A stretch of DNA of 62,219 bases from assembly GCA_045561575.1 (NCBI GenBank), contig JBJKXM010000072.1, forward strand, positions 1 to 62,219. Reading direction: 5' to 3'. Position 1 is the stretch's first letter; every line of letters begins with the position of its first letter. The translations under genes were made by a program, and so were the position numbers. Source of the DNA: Flavobacteriales bacterium. Lineage in GTDB: Bacteria > Bacteroidota > Bacteroidia > Flavobacteriales > BACL11. Shown in pieces: positions 21,232 through 30,532 of this stretch. The notes below the pieces were generated by a model, which did not search any database, had not been told where the DNA came from, and saw only the letters and a list, made by a program, of their open reading frames with translations.

Positions 21232-21998
21232 TCTTTTTGACAATAATAAACTATCTCATTTTTGTCTAGAGCATATCTCTCTACAAGTTTTGGATCAATT
21301 TCATTAATAAAATTGTTTTCTGTGACCTTAAAACCTGCAGCAGTAAGCTTATCCCCATAATCACGTCCAAACAGCCTTAAATGATCGCTTTGCCAGTATA
21401 AACGTTCTCTTTCTCTTGGATCAGTAACACTTCTATCTTCAATTGTAACAGGATTGTTATAGTCAATTGGAACTTGAAAAATACCCCATCCACCTGGTTT
21501 CATTACCCTGTAAAATTCTTTCATTACTTTATCAGCATCATCAACATGTTCTAAAACATGATTACAAATTACTACATCAAAAGTATTTTCTTCAAAAGGA
21601 ATATCATGAACATCCATTTTGACATCTGCCCATGGTGAAATTAGATCAGCTGTTAAATAATCAAGATTTTTCATTCCTTTAAATATTTTGATAAAACAGT
21701 ATTCTGGGGCAATATGAAGAAATTTAAGATTATCTGTAAAAAAATTAGTTTTATTCTTTAGGAAAAGCCACATTAATCGATGTCTCTCTAAACTTAAACT
21801 GTCTGGTGCTATTGCATTTTCTCTAGGTTTTAATCTACCATAGGGAAGGAGCTTTCTATATGTTTTACCATTTATAGGGTCTTCAAATTTATTTCCCCTT
21901 AGAAATAATGAAAAAATACGTAAGAAGAAGTGACTGACATGTTGAAGGTAATGTCTAGGAATAATTCTAGTAGCAATAGAGATAAGTAATTTCATCAA
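21228..21998 (-). CDS. Class I SAM-dependent methyltransferase
   Basis: Methyltransf_11-like core (FDVVICNHVLEHV, LKPGGW). Confidence 0.65.
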   Translation of the reverse strand: MMKLLISIATRIIPRHYLQHVSHFFLRIFSLFLRGNKFEDPINGKTYRKLLPYGRLKPRENAIAPDSLSLERHRLMWLFLKNKTNFFTDNLKFLHIAPEYCFIKIFKGMKNLDYLTADLISPWADVKMDVHDIPFEENTFDVVICNHVLEHVDDADKVMKEFYRVMKPGGWGIFQVPIDYNNPVTIEDRSVTDPRERERLYWQSDHLRLFGRDYGDKLTAAGFKVTENNFINEIDPKLVERYALDKNEIVYYCQKD

Positions 21999-21999
21999 A

Positions 22000-22317
22000 T
22001 TAGTCTTCTTTAAAATATTTTGAAAATCCCATCTTAATAAGCATCTTTTTTTCGAAATTCCAGAAGAATTTAAATTGTCCTAAAGCAAAACCTACTATAA
22101 GGATAAGTACTTGGTAAACTGGAAAGACAATAATTAATCTTAAAGGAGTAAATATCCAAGGATTAACATTTTCTTTTGTTAGACCAATAAGATTTAAAAG
22201 AGGGTCGCTAACAACTAAAGATAGAGATCCAGTAATAGCAAATACAATTAAGATTATTATAATCTGGAAGTTACTTTCAATACCCCACTTCTTTTTTAAT
22301 TTATTCATCCATTCCAT
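22000..22317 (-). CDS. Small two-TM membrane protein (hypothetical)
   Basis: 105 aa with two hydrophobic spans, packed between flanking same-strand genes. No recognisable catalytic motif. Confidence 0.4.
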   Translation of the reverse strand: MEWMNKLKKKWGIESNFQIIIILIVFAITGSLSLVVSDPLLNLIGLTKENVNPWIFTPLRLIIVFPVYQVLILIVGFALGQFKFFWNFEKKMLIKMGFSKYFKED

Positions 22318-22334
22318 GATGCAAAAATAGATAA

Positions 22335-23483
22335 TTAATTATTGATTTTTAGTTTATAAACTGCTAAAAGACTTGTAATTCCAACTATAAGAGCTAGAGA
22401 ATAGAAAACATAAGAAATGTCATAAACATCCGTAACATATCCTAAAATTGGAGCGATTACAGCAAATGATATTCTAATAACAAAACTTCTTAAGGATAAA
22501 ACAGTAGCTCTTCTCTCAGATGAGGAGTTGATATTAATAAGGTTACGAAGATTTGGAGTGATAATTCCTCGAATTATATATATAGCGACAATAAATATAA
22601 ATCCATATAAAGAAATATTAAAACCTAATGCTATTAATGATATAATCATCATTAAAGATATAACAATCAATATATTAGAGCTATTAAAAAAATATGAATA
22701 ATATGAAGTTATTCCTGCTATAATATTTAAAGATGCCCATATAATTCCATAATACACAAGTGGTGTGTTAATCTGCATTAAAAATGGTTGAACAAACCAA
22801 GCAATAGATAATGTTCCAATTCCCATAGCTGATGAATAGATAATATACCATTTTAGCTTACTCTTATTACTTAAAGTTTCCTTTACGATTAATAAAATTG
22901 ATTTAAAACTTTTTGCAAGTTTAAACGAACTCTTTGGTTCCACTAATGAATACGCAATTGGTATACTAAAAAACAACACTGCAGTTTGAATATAAACAGG
23001 TAGATTTAATGAAGTTACTGCTAAAAAACCTCCTAAAATACCAGCTAATCCTTCAGAAATATTACCAATACCATAATTTTTACCTTCTATTTTAGTATAA
23101 TCACTATCTTCTTCAAGCTCTAGCAAAGTATCATATATCAATGCACTATCTGCACCTGAAATTAAACTACCTCCAATTCCTAAAAAGATTTCAGCAATAA
23201 AGAATTCATTAAAGCCTGAAAAAAAGGAAAAAATAAGATATCCAATAAATGTTAGAATTGAACCATAGACAAGAGATAATCTTCTTCCGTAGATATCAGC
23301 AAAAAAACCAGAAGGAATTTCAAATAATGCAACAGAGAACGAATATGTTGCTTGTAATATCATTATTTGGGTTATTGATAAGCCATGTTTTTCAAAAAAA
23401 AGAACAATAATGGGCATAACAATCATAAACCACTTAACAGCCTTTAAAAGGTACATCTTATTAATGTTATGCTTTAAATTCAT
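22335..23483 (-). CDS. MFS transporter
   Basis: About 12 TM spans and the FADIYGRR loop motif typical of the major facilitator superfamily. Confidence 0.75.
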   Translation of the reverse strand: MNLKHNINKMYLLKAVKWFMIVMPIIVLFFEKHGLSITQIMILQATYSFSVALFEIPSGFFADIYGRRLSLVYGSILTFIGYLIFSFFSGFNEFFIAEIFLGIGGSLISGADSALIYDTLLELEEDSDYTKIEGKNYGIGNISEGLAGILGGFLAVTSLNLPVYIQTAVLFFSIPIAYSLVEPKSSFKLAKSFKSILLIVKETLSNKSKLKWYIIYSSAMGIGTLSIAWFVQPFLMQINTPLVYYGIIWASLNIIAGITSYYSYFFNSSNILIVISLMMIISLIALGFNISLYGFIFIVAIYIIRGIITPNLRNLININSSSERRATVLSLRSFVIRISFAVIAPILGYVTDVYDISYVFYSLALIVGITSLLAVYKLKINN

Positions 23484-24376
23484 TATGATCTTGGGTGAAA
23501 TTGCATAATATTACTTCTTAAGTAATCTTTATCTAAATGAGTATAAATTTCTGTTGTTGTTATACTTTCGTGTCCAAGCATTTCTTGAACAGCTCTAAGG
23601 TCAGCACCTCCTTCGATAAGATGTGTAGCAAATGAATGTCTAAATGTATGTGGACTGACTTTTTTCTTAATACCACATTTTTCAAGAGTATTTTTAATAA
23701 GAGTAAAAATCATTACTCTAGACAATGTACTCCCTCTATTATTTAGAAAAACAATGTCTTCATGACCCTTATTAATCTTTTGATGTATTCTTACTTCATT
23801 TACGTATATCTGAATATATTTTAATGCATTAGACCCAATAGGAGTAAGTCGTTCTTTGTTTCCCTTTCCAATAACCTTGATATATTCTTCTTTGAAATTT
23901 ATATTACTAATCTTTAAATTAATTAACTCAGTAACTCTCAACCCACAACTGTAAAGCGTTTCAATTATAGCTTTATTTCTTTGCCCATGTTTTTTACTTA
24001 AATCAATAGATGAGATAATAATTTCAATTTCATTTACACTAAGAACCTCAGGTAGTTTTAAGCCAATTTTTGGATTTTCTATTAGCAGAGTAGGGTCGTC
24101 TTTGATATAATCTTCTAAAATTAAATATTTATAAAAAGCTTTAATTCCAGAAATGATTCTTGCCTGTGATCTAGCAGATATTTGATCATTGTTTAAATGA
24201 TTTATAAAATTTCTAATATCATTTACTTTGACATTTTTTTCGTCAATTTTAAGCTGATTACAATAGTCAGCTAATTTATTTATATCTCTAAGATAAGACT
24301 GAATAGTATTATCGGCAAGTGAACGCTCAATCCTCAAATAATATTTAAATTCCTTTATTGAACTCTCCCAACTCAT
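23483..24376 (-). CDS. xerD: Site-specific tyrosine recombinase XerD (chromosome dimer resolution)
   Basis: N-terminal SAM-like domain (FKYYLRIERSLADNTIQSYLRDI). Catalytic residues in GLRVTEL, HTFRHSFATHL and LGHESITTTEIYTH. Confidence 0.85.
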   Translation of the reverse strand: MSWESSIKEFKYYLRIERSLADNTIQSYLRDINKLADYCNQLKIDEKNVKVNDIRNFINHLNNDQISARSQARIISGIKAFYKYLILEDYIKDDPTLLIENPKIGLKLPEVLSVNEIEIIISSIDLSKKHGQRNKAIIETLYSCGLRVTELINLKISNINFKEEYIKVIGKGNKERLTPIGSNALKYIQIYVNEVRIHQKINKGHEDIVFLNNRGSTLSRVMIFTLIKNTLEKCGIKKKVSPHTFRHSFATHLIEGGADLRAVQEMLGHESITTTEIYTHLDKDYLRSNIMQFHPRS

Positions 24377-24393
24377 TTTTATAAATTTGTTTT

Positions 24394-24810
24394 ATGAAAG
24401 TAATGATAATTAATGGTCCAAATTTAAATTTATTAGGTAAAAGAGAAGTTGAAATTTATGGTAATATTTCTTTCTCTGATTATTTAGTAACATTAAAAAA
24501 ACAATTTTCATCATTTACCATAGATTACTTTCAATCAAATGTTGAAGGAGAATTAATAGATAAATTGCATGAAGTTGGCTTTTCTTATGATTATATTCTA
24601 ATAAATGCTGGAGGTTATACACATACATCTGTTTCATTATCAGATGCAATTAGTTCAATCAAAACTCCAGTAATTGAAGTTCATATTTCAAATATATATT
24701 CAAGGGAAGAGTATAGAAGAAAATCTTTACTATCACAACATTGTAAATCAGTAATATGTGGTTTTGGATTAGATTCTTACAAACTTGCTCTAGAAAGCTT
24801 AAAGATTTGA
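24394..24810 (+). CDS. aroQ: Type II 3-dehydroquinate dehydratase
   Basis: INGPNLNLLGKRE, NAGGYTHTS, HISNIYSREEYR. Confidence 0.95.
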   Translation: MKVMIINGPNLNLLGKREVEIYGNISFSDYLVTLKKQFSSFTIDYFQSNVEGELIDKLHEVGFSYDYILINAGGYTHTSVSLSDAISSIKTPVIEVHISNIYSREEYRRKSLLSQHCKSVICGFGLDSYKLALESLKI

Positions 24811-25815
24811 ATATTTTTTAATACCCAAAGCATAGTATTTAAATAATATACTAAAGTTAGAAATTCCAAAAACTTTTCTTTTTCGCTTGATTTTAGAACG
24901 TTTTATTGTTAAAAGGGGAATCGATATATAAAATATTAGATGAGCTCTTAAAATCGAGAATAGATGTCCTATACCATCTTCTTTCTTTAAAAAAGTAATT
25001 GCAGCTATTCCGTCTAATGGTAATCTAAATAAAATAGTTATTAATAATTTTAGAAAAGGAAGGTTTTTATAAAGCATAAAAAGATTATTTCTAAAATTTA
25101 AATAAGTTTTAAAGGGGGATGAGGAGTTTAAGGTGCCACCACCGACATGATATACTACAGATTGAGGATTTACCATTACTTTATATCCACTATTTTTTAA
25201 TCTCCAGCACAAATCAATTTCTTCTTGATGAGCAAAAAAATCATTGTCAAATCCATTGATTTCTTTAAAGTTTTCTGACCTTACAAATAAACATGCTCCA
25301 GATGCCCAAAATACTTCTTTAATATCGTCATATTGATTATTATCTTCTTCAATATCCGAAAATATTCTTCCTCTACAATATGGATATCCTAGTGTATCAA
25401 TATATCCTCCAGATGCGCCAGCATATTCAAATTTATTTCTGAAATTATAATCAAGTATTTTAGGTTGACAAGCAGCAATATCTATATTGTCTTCCATTAA
25501 ATCAATAATTGGATTTAACCAGTTATCAGTAACTTCTATATCTGAATTTATTAGAACAAAATACTTTTCATTTAAATTTTTAAGTGCATCATTATACCCT
25601 TTGGCATATCCATCGTTTGAATAATTCTGAATTACATTAACATTTGTGAAATTTTCTTTAATATATTCAACGGTTCCATCTGTTGAATCATTATCAGCTA
25701 CATAAATATTAGCATTACTACTTTTATCAATTATAGTGGGAAGAAATTTCTTAATCCATTCAATTCCATTCCAACTAAGAATAACAACAGCTATATCTAT
25801 TTTTTGTGTTTCCAT
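24799..25815 (-). CDS. Family 2 glycosyltransferase
   Basis: IAVVILSWNG, VADNDSTDGT, INSDIEV (DxD-like), a rhamnosyltransferase-like fold. 12-nt convergent overlap with aroQ. Confidence 0.7.
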   Translation of the reverse strand: METQKIDIAVVILSWNGIEWIKKFLPTIIDKSSNANIYVADNDSTDGTVEYIKENFTNVNVIQNYSNDGYAKGYNDALKNLNEKYFVLINSDIEVTDNWLNPIIDLMEDNIDIAACQPKILDYNFRNKFEYAGASGGYIDTLGYPYCRGRIFSDIEEDNNQYDDIKEVFWASGACLFVRSENFKEINGFDNDFFAHQEEIDLCWRLKNSGYKVMVNPQSVVYHVGGGTLNSSSPFKTYLNFRNNLFMLYKNLPFLKLLITILFRLPLDGIAAITFLKKEDGIGHLFSILRAHLIFYISIPLLTIKRSKIKRKRKVFGISNFSILFKYYALGIKKYSNL

Positions 25816-26651
25816 CTATTGTGTGACCAAAGATAATTATTTGAATCGTGTTTTATTTGTTTTTCTAAACGTTGAAAAAACTTTTTTGTTATATCGCCTT
25901 CTTTACTATCTTTTGGATTTTCTTCTATAACTTCAAATTTAATATTGTAAAATCCATTACTTTCTTTTTGAATATCACAAAATAAAACAGGGTAATTAAA
26001 TTTTTTAGCAATTTTCTCAGGACCATCAATTACAGGAACTGAATGACCAAAGAATGAAAGCCAATTAGTATTCTCATCAATGACAGGATTTTGATCAGAA
26101 ATCAACGCTATCATTTTACATTTATCATTATTAAATAAATATTTAATCAAATCATTCATTTCTACAGCATCAATATCAAATCTAGAACGTAATTTAATCA
26201 TAAAGTTGTTAAAGAAATTATTAGATAACTTCTTATAAACACTTACAAAATGATGATTTCCAATTTGAGATAGGATAGGACCTGCCCATTCCCAATTATT
26301 ATAATGACCTCCAATTATAATAACTGATTTATTATTTTGATAATAATCATTAATAAGATCCATATTAGAAACCTTAATACGTTTTTTATAAAATTCTTTA
26401 CTAGATGAGAACATCTTAATTATTTCCCAAATAAGATTTAAAAAGTATAATTTAAATCCTTTATAAATATTATTTATCTCCCCCTCATTTTTTTTTGAAA
26501 ATGCAAGTTTAATATTTGACAAAATAATATTCTTTCTATATGTAAAAAAAGGACTAATTATAATTGAAAAAATATTCAGTATAAATAATGGAACAACTGA
26601 TATCAACCATAATAATGGATATAAGATGAATTTTAGGGTTTTTGATATCAT
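25797..26651 (-). CDS. Lysophospholipid / lipid A (LpxL/HtrB-type) acyltransferase family protein
   Basis: N-terminal TM segment and a GGHYNNWEW (HX4-acidic) acyltransferase motif. 19-nt overlap with the downstream GT2 gene. Confidence 0.6.
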   Translation of the reverse strand: MISKTLKFILYPLLWLISVVPLFILNIFSIIISPFFTYRKNIILSNIKLAFSKKNEGEINNIYKGFKLYFLNLIWEIIKMFSSSKEFYKKRIKVSNMDLINDYYQNNKSVIIIGGHYNNWEWAGPILSQIGNHHFVSVYKKLSNNFFNNFMIKLRSRFDIDAVEMNDLIKYLFNNDKCKMIALISDQNPVIDENTNWLSFFGHSVPVIDGPEKIAKKFNYPVLFCDIQKESNGFYNIKFEVIEENPKDSKEGDITKKFFQRLEKQIKHDSNNYLWSHNRWKHKK

Positions 26652-26728
26652 TTAATGCTAAATTAAGAAATTGATATAATCAAAATATAATTATGTTAGA
26701 TAAAGTTTTTATGGATTGAAAATATTTA

Positions 26729-26736
26729 TATTTTTG
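26729..26736 (+). promoter_or_regulatory. -7 promoter box TATTTTTG for tRNA-Ser
   Basis: TAnnTTTG match ending 12 nt before the tRNA 5' end. Confidence 0.5.
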
Positions 26737-26748
26737 CAGTCCACTTTT

Positions 26749-26833
26749 GGAGAGGTGGCAGAGTGGTCGAATGCACTGGTCTTGAAAACCAGCGTACAGC
26801 AATGTACCGGGGGTTCGAATCCCTCCCTCTCCG
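26749..26833 (+). tRNA. tRNA-Ser (UGA anticodon)
   Basis: Hand-folded 85-nt class II tRNA: acceptor GGAGAGG/CCTCTCC, anticodon loop CTTGAAA, long variable arm CGTACAGCAATGTACC, T loop TTCGAAT, discriminator G. Confidence 0.9.
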
Positions 26834-26842
26834 CAAATGAAA

Positions 26843-26870
26843 AGCTCTATCATAAGATAGGGCTTTTTTT
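26843..26870 (+). terminator. Rho-independent terminator after tRNA-Ser
   Basis: Stem AGCTCTATC/GATAGGGCT (one G-U pair), 4-nt loop, T7. Confidence 0.7.
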
Positions 26871-26871
26871 A

Positions 26872-26902
26872 TTATGCATAACATAACTTATGCATTGCAT
26901 AA
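26872..26902. promoter_or_regulatory. Two palindromes built from the half-site TTATGCA (candidate operator)
   Basis: TTATGCATAA (26872..26881, perfect 10-bp palindrome) and TTATGCA-T-TGCATAA (26888..26902, perfect 7-bp arms). They lie 46-76 nt upstream of the lipoprotein ATG and just upstream of a TATTTTTG -7 box at 26922..26929. Confidence 0.3.
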
Positions 26903-26947
26903 TATTTAAATTTTCACTAAATATTTTTGTGTCATAAAATTAAACTA

Positions 26948-27607
26948 ATGACAAATAAAAACATATCAATAAAATATTTAGCACTAGCAATATTAGTATT
27001 TATTTCTTTCACTTCATGTGAAGATAATTGGGGAGAAATAGAACCAAATTCAAATTTTTCTTCTCAAGACTATAATAATTCATCTTCAAATTCTGGCTCA
27101 AGTTCAAGTTCTAGCTCTAGTTCTGGTTGCACTTTAAATTGTTCGATTTGGGAAGATTGTGTAAGAAAAGGAAGTGGAGATCCATTTGATTTTTTCGGAC
27201 CTAAAAGATGGGTATGTGAAAATATATTTACCAAAACATTTAATAGAAGATATAATGCCGTATTAGTAATTACTGATGAATATGGAAATCAAGTAGACAA
27301 AGATATTCATATAACTTCTAAATATCCAACCAATAACACTTTAAGTCTAAATATTCAAGAGGAAGGGTTTGATAATAGATTTGATATAAGAATTGAGTTT
27401 TTAAACCCTTCATATGGTGATTTTGTTGTAAATAGTCAAACAGTATATAATCCAATTTTAAATGAGTCAATAACTTATTCAGGAACTGGCTCATTAACTA
27501 AGAATGGATCAAGACCATCATACACTATAATACTAGATTTAAATTATACTTATAATGGAACAAATTATAATTACAACTGTATTGGAAGTGATGCTTATCC
27601 TAACTAA
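26948..27607 (+). CDS. Orphan lipoprotein with a poly-Ser linker and a Cys-rich domain (hypothetical)
   Basis: The ATG at 26948 gives MTNKNISIKYLALAILVFISFTSC (lipobox), then SSSNSGSSSSSSSSSG, then a domain with several Cys. The tracked ORF starts at a TTG (26927). No family recognised. Confidence 0.5.
   Translation: MTNKNISIKYLALAILVFISFTSCEDNWGEIEPNSNFSSQDYNNSSSNSGSSSSSSSSSGCTLNCSIWEDCVRKGSGDPFDFFGPKRWVCENIFTKTFNRRYNAVLVITDEYGNQVDKDIHITSKYPTNNTLSLNIQEEGFDNRFDIRIEFLNPSYGDFVVNSQTVYNPILNESITYSGTGSLTKNGSRPSYTIILDLNYTYNGTNYNYNCIGSDAYPN
27098..27127 (+). repeat. Imperfect hexanucleotide (TCN-AGY) x5 tandem repeat encoding the poly-Ser linker
   Basis: TCAAGT TCAAGT TCTAGC TCTAGT TCTGGT, read directly from the sequence. 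Confidence 0.6.
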
Positions 27608-27683
27608 TATCTTAAAAGTATTATCAAATTATAATTAAGTAATTATTTAGTATTAATTTTCATAATTAATCTAAATTTGTTCT

Positions 27684-27956
27684 GTGAAATTAACGTTTAG
27701 AATAGTAGCTTTCTTAGAAGGAGTATCATACATTTTACTAATGACATTTGGTCTATATTTTAAGTATCAATTAAATGATGATACTTATGTGAAATTATTA
27801 GGGATGCCTCATGGAATATTATTTGTTCTTTATATAGTTTTAGCTTTTTTATTAAGAAAAAAAGAGAATTGGAATTTTATTGAATTTGCTATTATTTTAT
27901 TTGCATCTCTTGTTCCACTCGGAACTTTTTATGTTGACAGAAAACATCTCACTTAA
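27684..27956 (+). CDS. DUF3817-like small integral membrane protein
   Basis: 90 aa, 3 TM spans, with FRIVAFLEGVSYILL and MPHGILFVLY motifs. GTG start. Confidence 0.55.
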   Translation: MKLTFRIVAFLEGVSYILLMTFGLYFKYQLNDDTYVKLLGMPHGILFVLYIVLAFLLRKKENWNFIEFAIILFASLVPLGTFYVDRKHLT

Positions 27957-27997
27957 TAATAACACATATTCTGAACATTAATTTCTTTTTTTTGTTT

Positions 27998-28027
27998 AAA
28001 AAAAACCTTACTGATTAAAGTAAGGTT
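27998..28027 (-). terminator. Rho-independent terminator after tRNA-Arg (minus strand)
   Basis: Stem AACCTTAC/GTAAGGTT with an 8-nt loop, followed on the minus strand by U8. Confidence 0.65.
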
Positions 28028-28031
28028 CTTG

Positions 28032-28105
28032 TGATCTCGATAGGATTCGAACCTATGACCGTCTGCTTAGAAGGCAGATGCTCTATCCAGCTGAGCTACG
28101 AGACC
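28032..28105 (-). tRNA. tRNA-Arg (UCU anticodon)
   Basis: Reverse complement folds as GGTCTCG-TA-GCTC..GAGC-A-TCTGC-CTTCTAA-GCAGA-CGGTC-ATAGG-TTCGAAT-CCTAT-CGAGATC-A (74 nt). Confidence 0.9.
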
Positions 28106-28119
28106 ATTAAATAAGGCGA

Positions 28120-28127
28120 CAAATTTA
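28120..28127 (-). promoter_or_regulatory. -7 promoter box TAAATTTG for tRNA-Arg
   Basis: TAnnTTTG on the minus strand, ending 14 nt before the tRNA 5' end. Confidence 0.45.
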
Positions 28128-28167
28128 TACTTTTTTCTTTTTAGACATATTATAAATTAATAGAAAA

Positions 28168-28650
28168 TTAATTTCTATTTAAATATGCCATTTTTATTGC
28201 AGTAATCGCTGCTTCAACACCTTTGTTTCCGTGTATACCACCAGATCTATTAATTGCTTGTTCTTTAGTATTGTCTGTAAGAACTCCAAAAATAATTGGA
28301 ATATCCAATGCAATATTTAAATCTTTAATGCCATTTGTAACTCCTTGACATACATAATCAAAATGTTTAGTTTCTCCCTGTATAACACTTCCTAAACATA
28401 TAATTGCATCACAATTCTTTTTGTATAATATTTTAGACCCATAGATTAACTCAAAGCTTCCCGGAACTTCTAATTTTAGAATATTATCAGATGATACTCC
28501 ACAATCTAATAATGTTTCATATGCTCCTTTGAAAAGTCCATCTGTAATATCATAATTCCACTGAGAAATAACAATACCAATTCTCAAATTCGAAACATCT
28601 GGTAATGAATCTTTGTTATAATCAGAAAGATTATTGTTTTGAGTTGCCAT
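28168..28650 (-). CDS. ribH: 6,7-dimethyl-8-ribityllumazine synthase
   Basis: RIGIVISQWN, VPGSFEL, HFDYV motifs. 160 aa. Confidence 0.95.
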   Translation of the reverse strand: MATQNNNLSDYNKDSLPDVSNLRIGIVISQWNYDITDGLFKGAYETLLDCGVSSDNILKLEVPGSFELIYGSKILYKKNCDAIICLGSVIQGETKHFDYVCQGVTNGIKDLNIALDIPIIFGVLTDNTKEQAINRSGGIHGNKGVEAAITAIKMAYLNRN

Positions 28651-28665
28651 AAACGAGCAATTTAA

Positions 28666-29346
28666 TTATCTATTTTCTGCTCTAGCAATGTATTTTGCTA
28701 CATTTTGTCCCTCTCTTGATTGTCTATAATCATCATTGATTATGTTGTAGATTTCAAGAGCATCATCATAATTTCCTTGAAGTTCATGAATCGTAGCCTG
28801 CTTCATTAAAAATCTTGGTGTAGTAAACTCATTTTCATGATTATTTGCAGCTTTCTTGTAATAACTCATTGCTTTATCTTGATCATCAAGTTCAAGATAA
28901 GCATCACCAATACATCCAATTGCAAGTGAAGATAAAACTATATCATCTGAGCTAAAATCTTCAAGATAATCAATGGCATTTTCAAATTCACCTAAATATA
29001 AGTAGGAGAGACCTGCATAGTAATTTGCAAGTTTACCAGCTTTTGTACTAGAGAAATCGTCAGCAATATCTATGAAGCCTAAATATTGATCATCGCCGTT
29101 AAGAGCTAAATTAAATGAATCTTTAGCAAAATTTATTTCAGCACTAAACATTTCTGTCTGTGCTTCTTTTTCTAAAGGCTCTAAATAAAAGTTCTGATAA
29201 CCTAGATAAAGTGCAACAATTCCAATAACAATACTAAATACTCTTACAATTTTCTTTTGATTATCTTCAAAGAATTGTTCAGTTTGAGTTAATGCACCTT
29301 CAACTTGAGCAAATTGATCTTCAGTTTTATTATTTTTTTTAGCCAT
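28666..29346 (-). CDS. Membrane-anchored tetratricopeptide-repeat protein (YfgM-like)
   Basis: One N-terminal TM segment (VFSIVIGIVALYLGY) followed by TPR-like helices. Confidence 0.55.
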   Translation of the reverse strand: MAKKNNKTEDQFAQVEGALTQTEQFFEDNQKKIVRVFSIVIGIVALYLGYQNFYLEPLEKEAQTEMFSAEINFAKDSFNLALNGDDQYLGFIDIADDFSSTKAGKLANYYAGLSYLYLGEFENAIDYLEDFSSDDIVLSSLAIGCIGDAYLELDDQDKAMSYYKKAANNHENEFTTPRFLMKQATIHELQGNYDDALEIYNIINDDYRQSREGQNVAKYIARAENR

Positions 29347-29428
29347 TATATCTTATTTTTGGTTCGCAAATATAAGTTTTTTAGTAATTATATCATTATT
29401 TATTTTCAACGATGTAATTATTAATGAA

Positions 29429-30532
29429 ATGAATATCAATAATACTGTGTATCTAAAAGAACTTTCATTATTTCAATTTAAAAATCACTCAGAGCGAAAT
29501 TTTCAATTTAACGAAAAGATTAATTGCTTTGTTGGCAATAATGGGGTTGGAAAAACAAATGTGTTAGATTCTATACACTATCTTTCTCTTTCAAAAAGTT
29601 ACTTTAATCATATTGACAGCAATAATATTCAGTTTAAACTAGATTTTTTTATGATTAAAGGATTATTTTGTAATAATGAAGATATTGATGAGATTATATG
29701 TAATTACAGCTTAAGTAAAGGAAAAATATTAAAGAAAAATAAAAAGAAATACTCTAGGTTTTCTGATCATATAGGAAGTTATCCAATAATCATTATATCT
29801 CCAACTGATTCAAACTTGATAACAGAAGGAAGTGATATAAGAAGAAAATATTTAGATAGTAGTATATCTCAATTTCATCCAACATATTTAAAGAATCTTA
29901 TTAACTACAATAAAATTTTAAAACAAAGAAATTCATTATTAAAACAATTTTCAGAAAGAAATTATTTTGACCCAATTAGTCTAGAAAATTTTAATAACAA
30001 CTTAGTAATTTATGGAAATGAAATTTATAAATTAAGGAAAGAGTTTTTAACTCAACTAACTCCAGTTTTCAATAAATATTACTCTGAAATATCTTCAAAT
30101 AATGAATCGGTATCATTAGAATATAAATCACAACTTAATGATAATTCATTTTCTAACTTATTAAAAAATGGATTAGAAAAAGATAAGTTCAGTTTTAATA
30201 CAGGATGCGGTATACATAAAGATGATATTATATTTAAAATGAATAACTACAGTGTAAAGAAAACTGGATCTCAGGGTCAACAGAAATCATTTTTAATATC
30301 ATTAAAGCTAGCCCAATTTGATTTTATTACTGATAAAATAGGTTTTAAACCTATCTTATTGTTAGATGATATATTTGATAAGTTAGATGACAACAGAGTT
30401 GAAAAATTGATTTCCTTTACATCAAAAGAAACTTTTTCTCAAATTTTTATAACTGATACTCATGAAAATAGGAGTAGGGAGATATTAGAAAAAACTGGTA
30501 TTGATTTTAAAATCTTTAATATTTCAAATTAA
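29429..30532 (+). CDS. recF: DNA replication and repair protein RecF
   Basis: Walker A GNNGVGKTNVLD, signature GSQGQQKS, Walker B ILLLDDIF. Confidence 0.9.
   Translation: MNINNTVYLKELSLFQFKNHSERNFQFNEKINCFVGNNGVGKTNVLDSIHYLSLSKSYFNHIDSNNIQFKLDFFMIKGLFCNNEDIDEIICNYSLSKGKILKKNKKKYSRFSDHIGSYPIIIISPTDSNLITEGSDIRRKYLDSSISQFHPTYLKNLINYNKILKQRNSLLKQFSERNYFDPISLENFNNNLVIYGNEIYKLRKEFLTQLTPVFNKYYSEISSNNESVSLEYKSQLNDNSFSNLLKNGLEKDKFSFNTGCGIHKDDIIFKMNNYSVKKTGSQGQQKSFLISLKLAQFDFITDKIGFKPILLLDDIFDKLDDNRVEKLISFTSKETFSQIFITDTHENRSREILEKTGIDFKIFNISN

Noticed and set aside
23483-24376. A tyrosine recombinase as a possible marker of an integrative mobile element.
   Set aside because: It has the XerD N-terminal domain and catalytic signature and sits between housekeeping genes (aroQ, MFS transporter). 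There is no adjacent excisionase, att-like repeat, tRNA target or cargo. It is a chromosome dimer-resolution enzyme.
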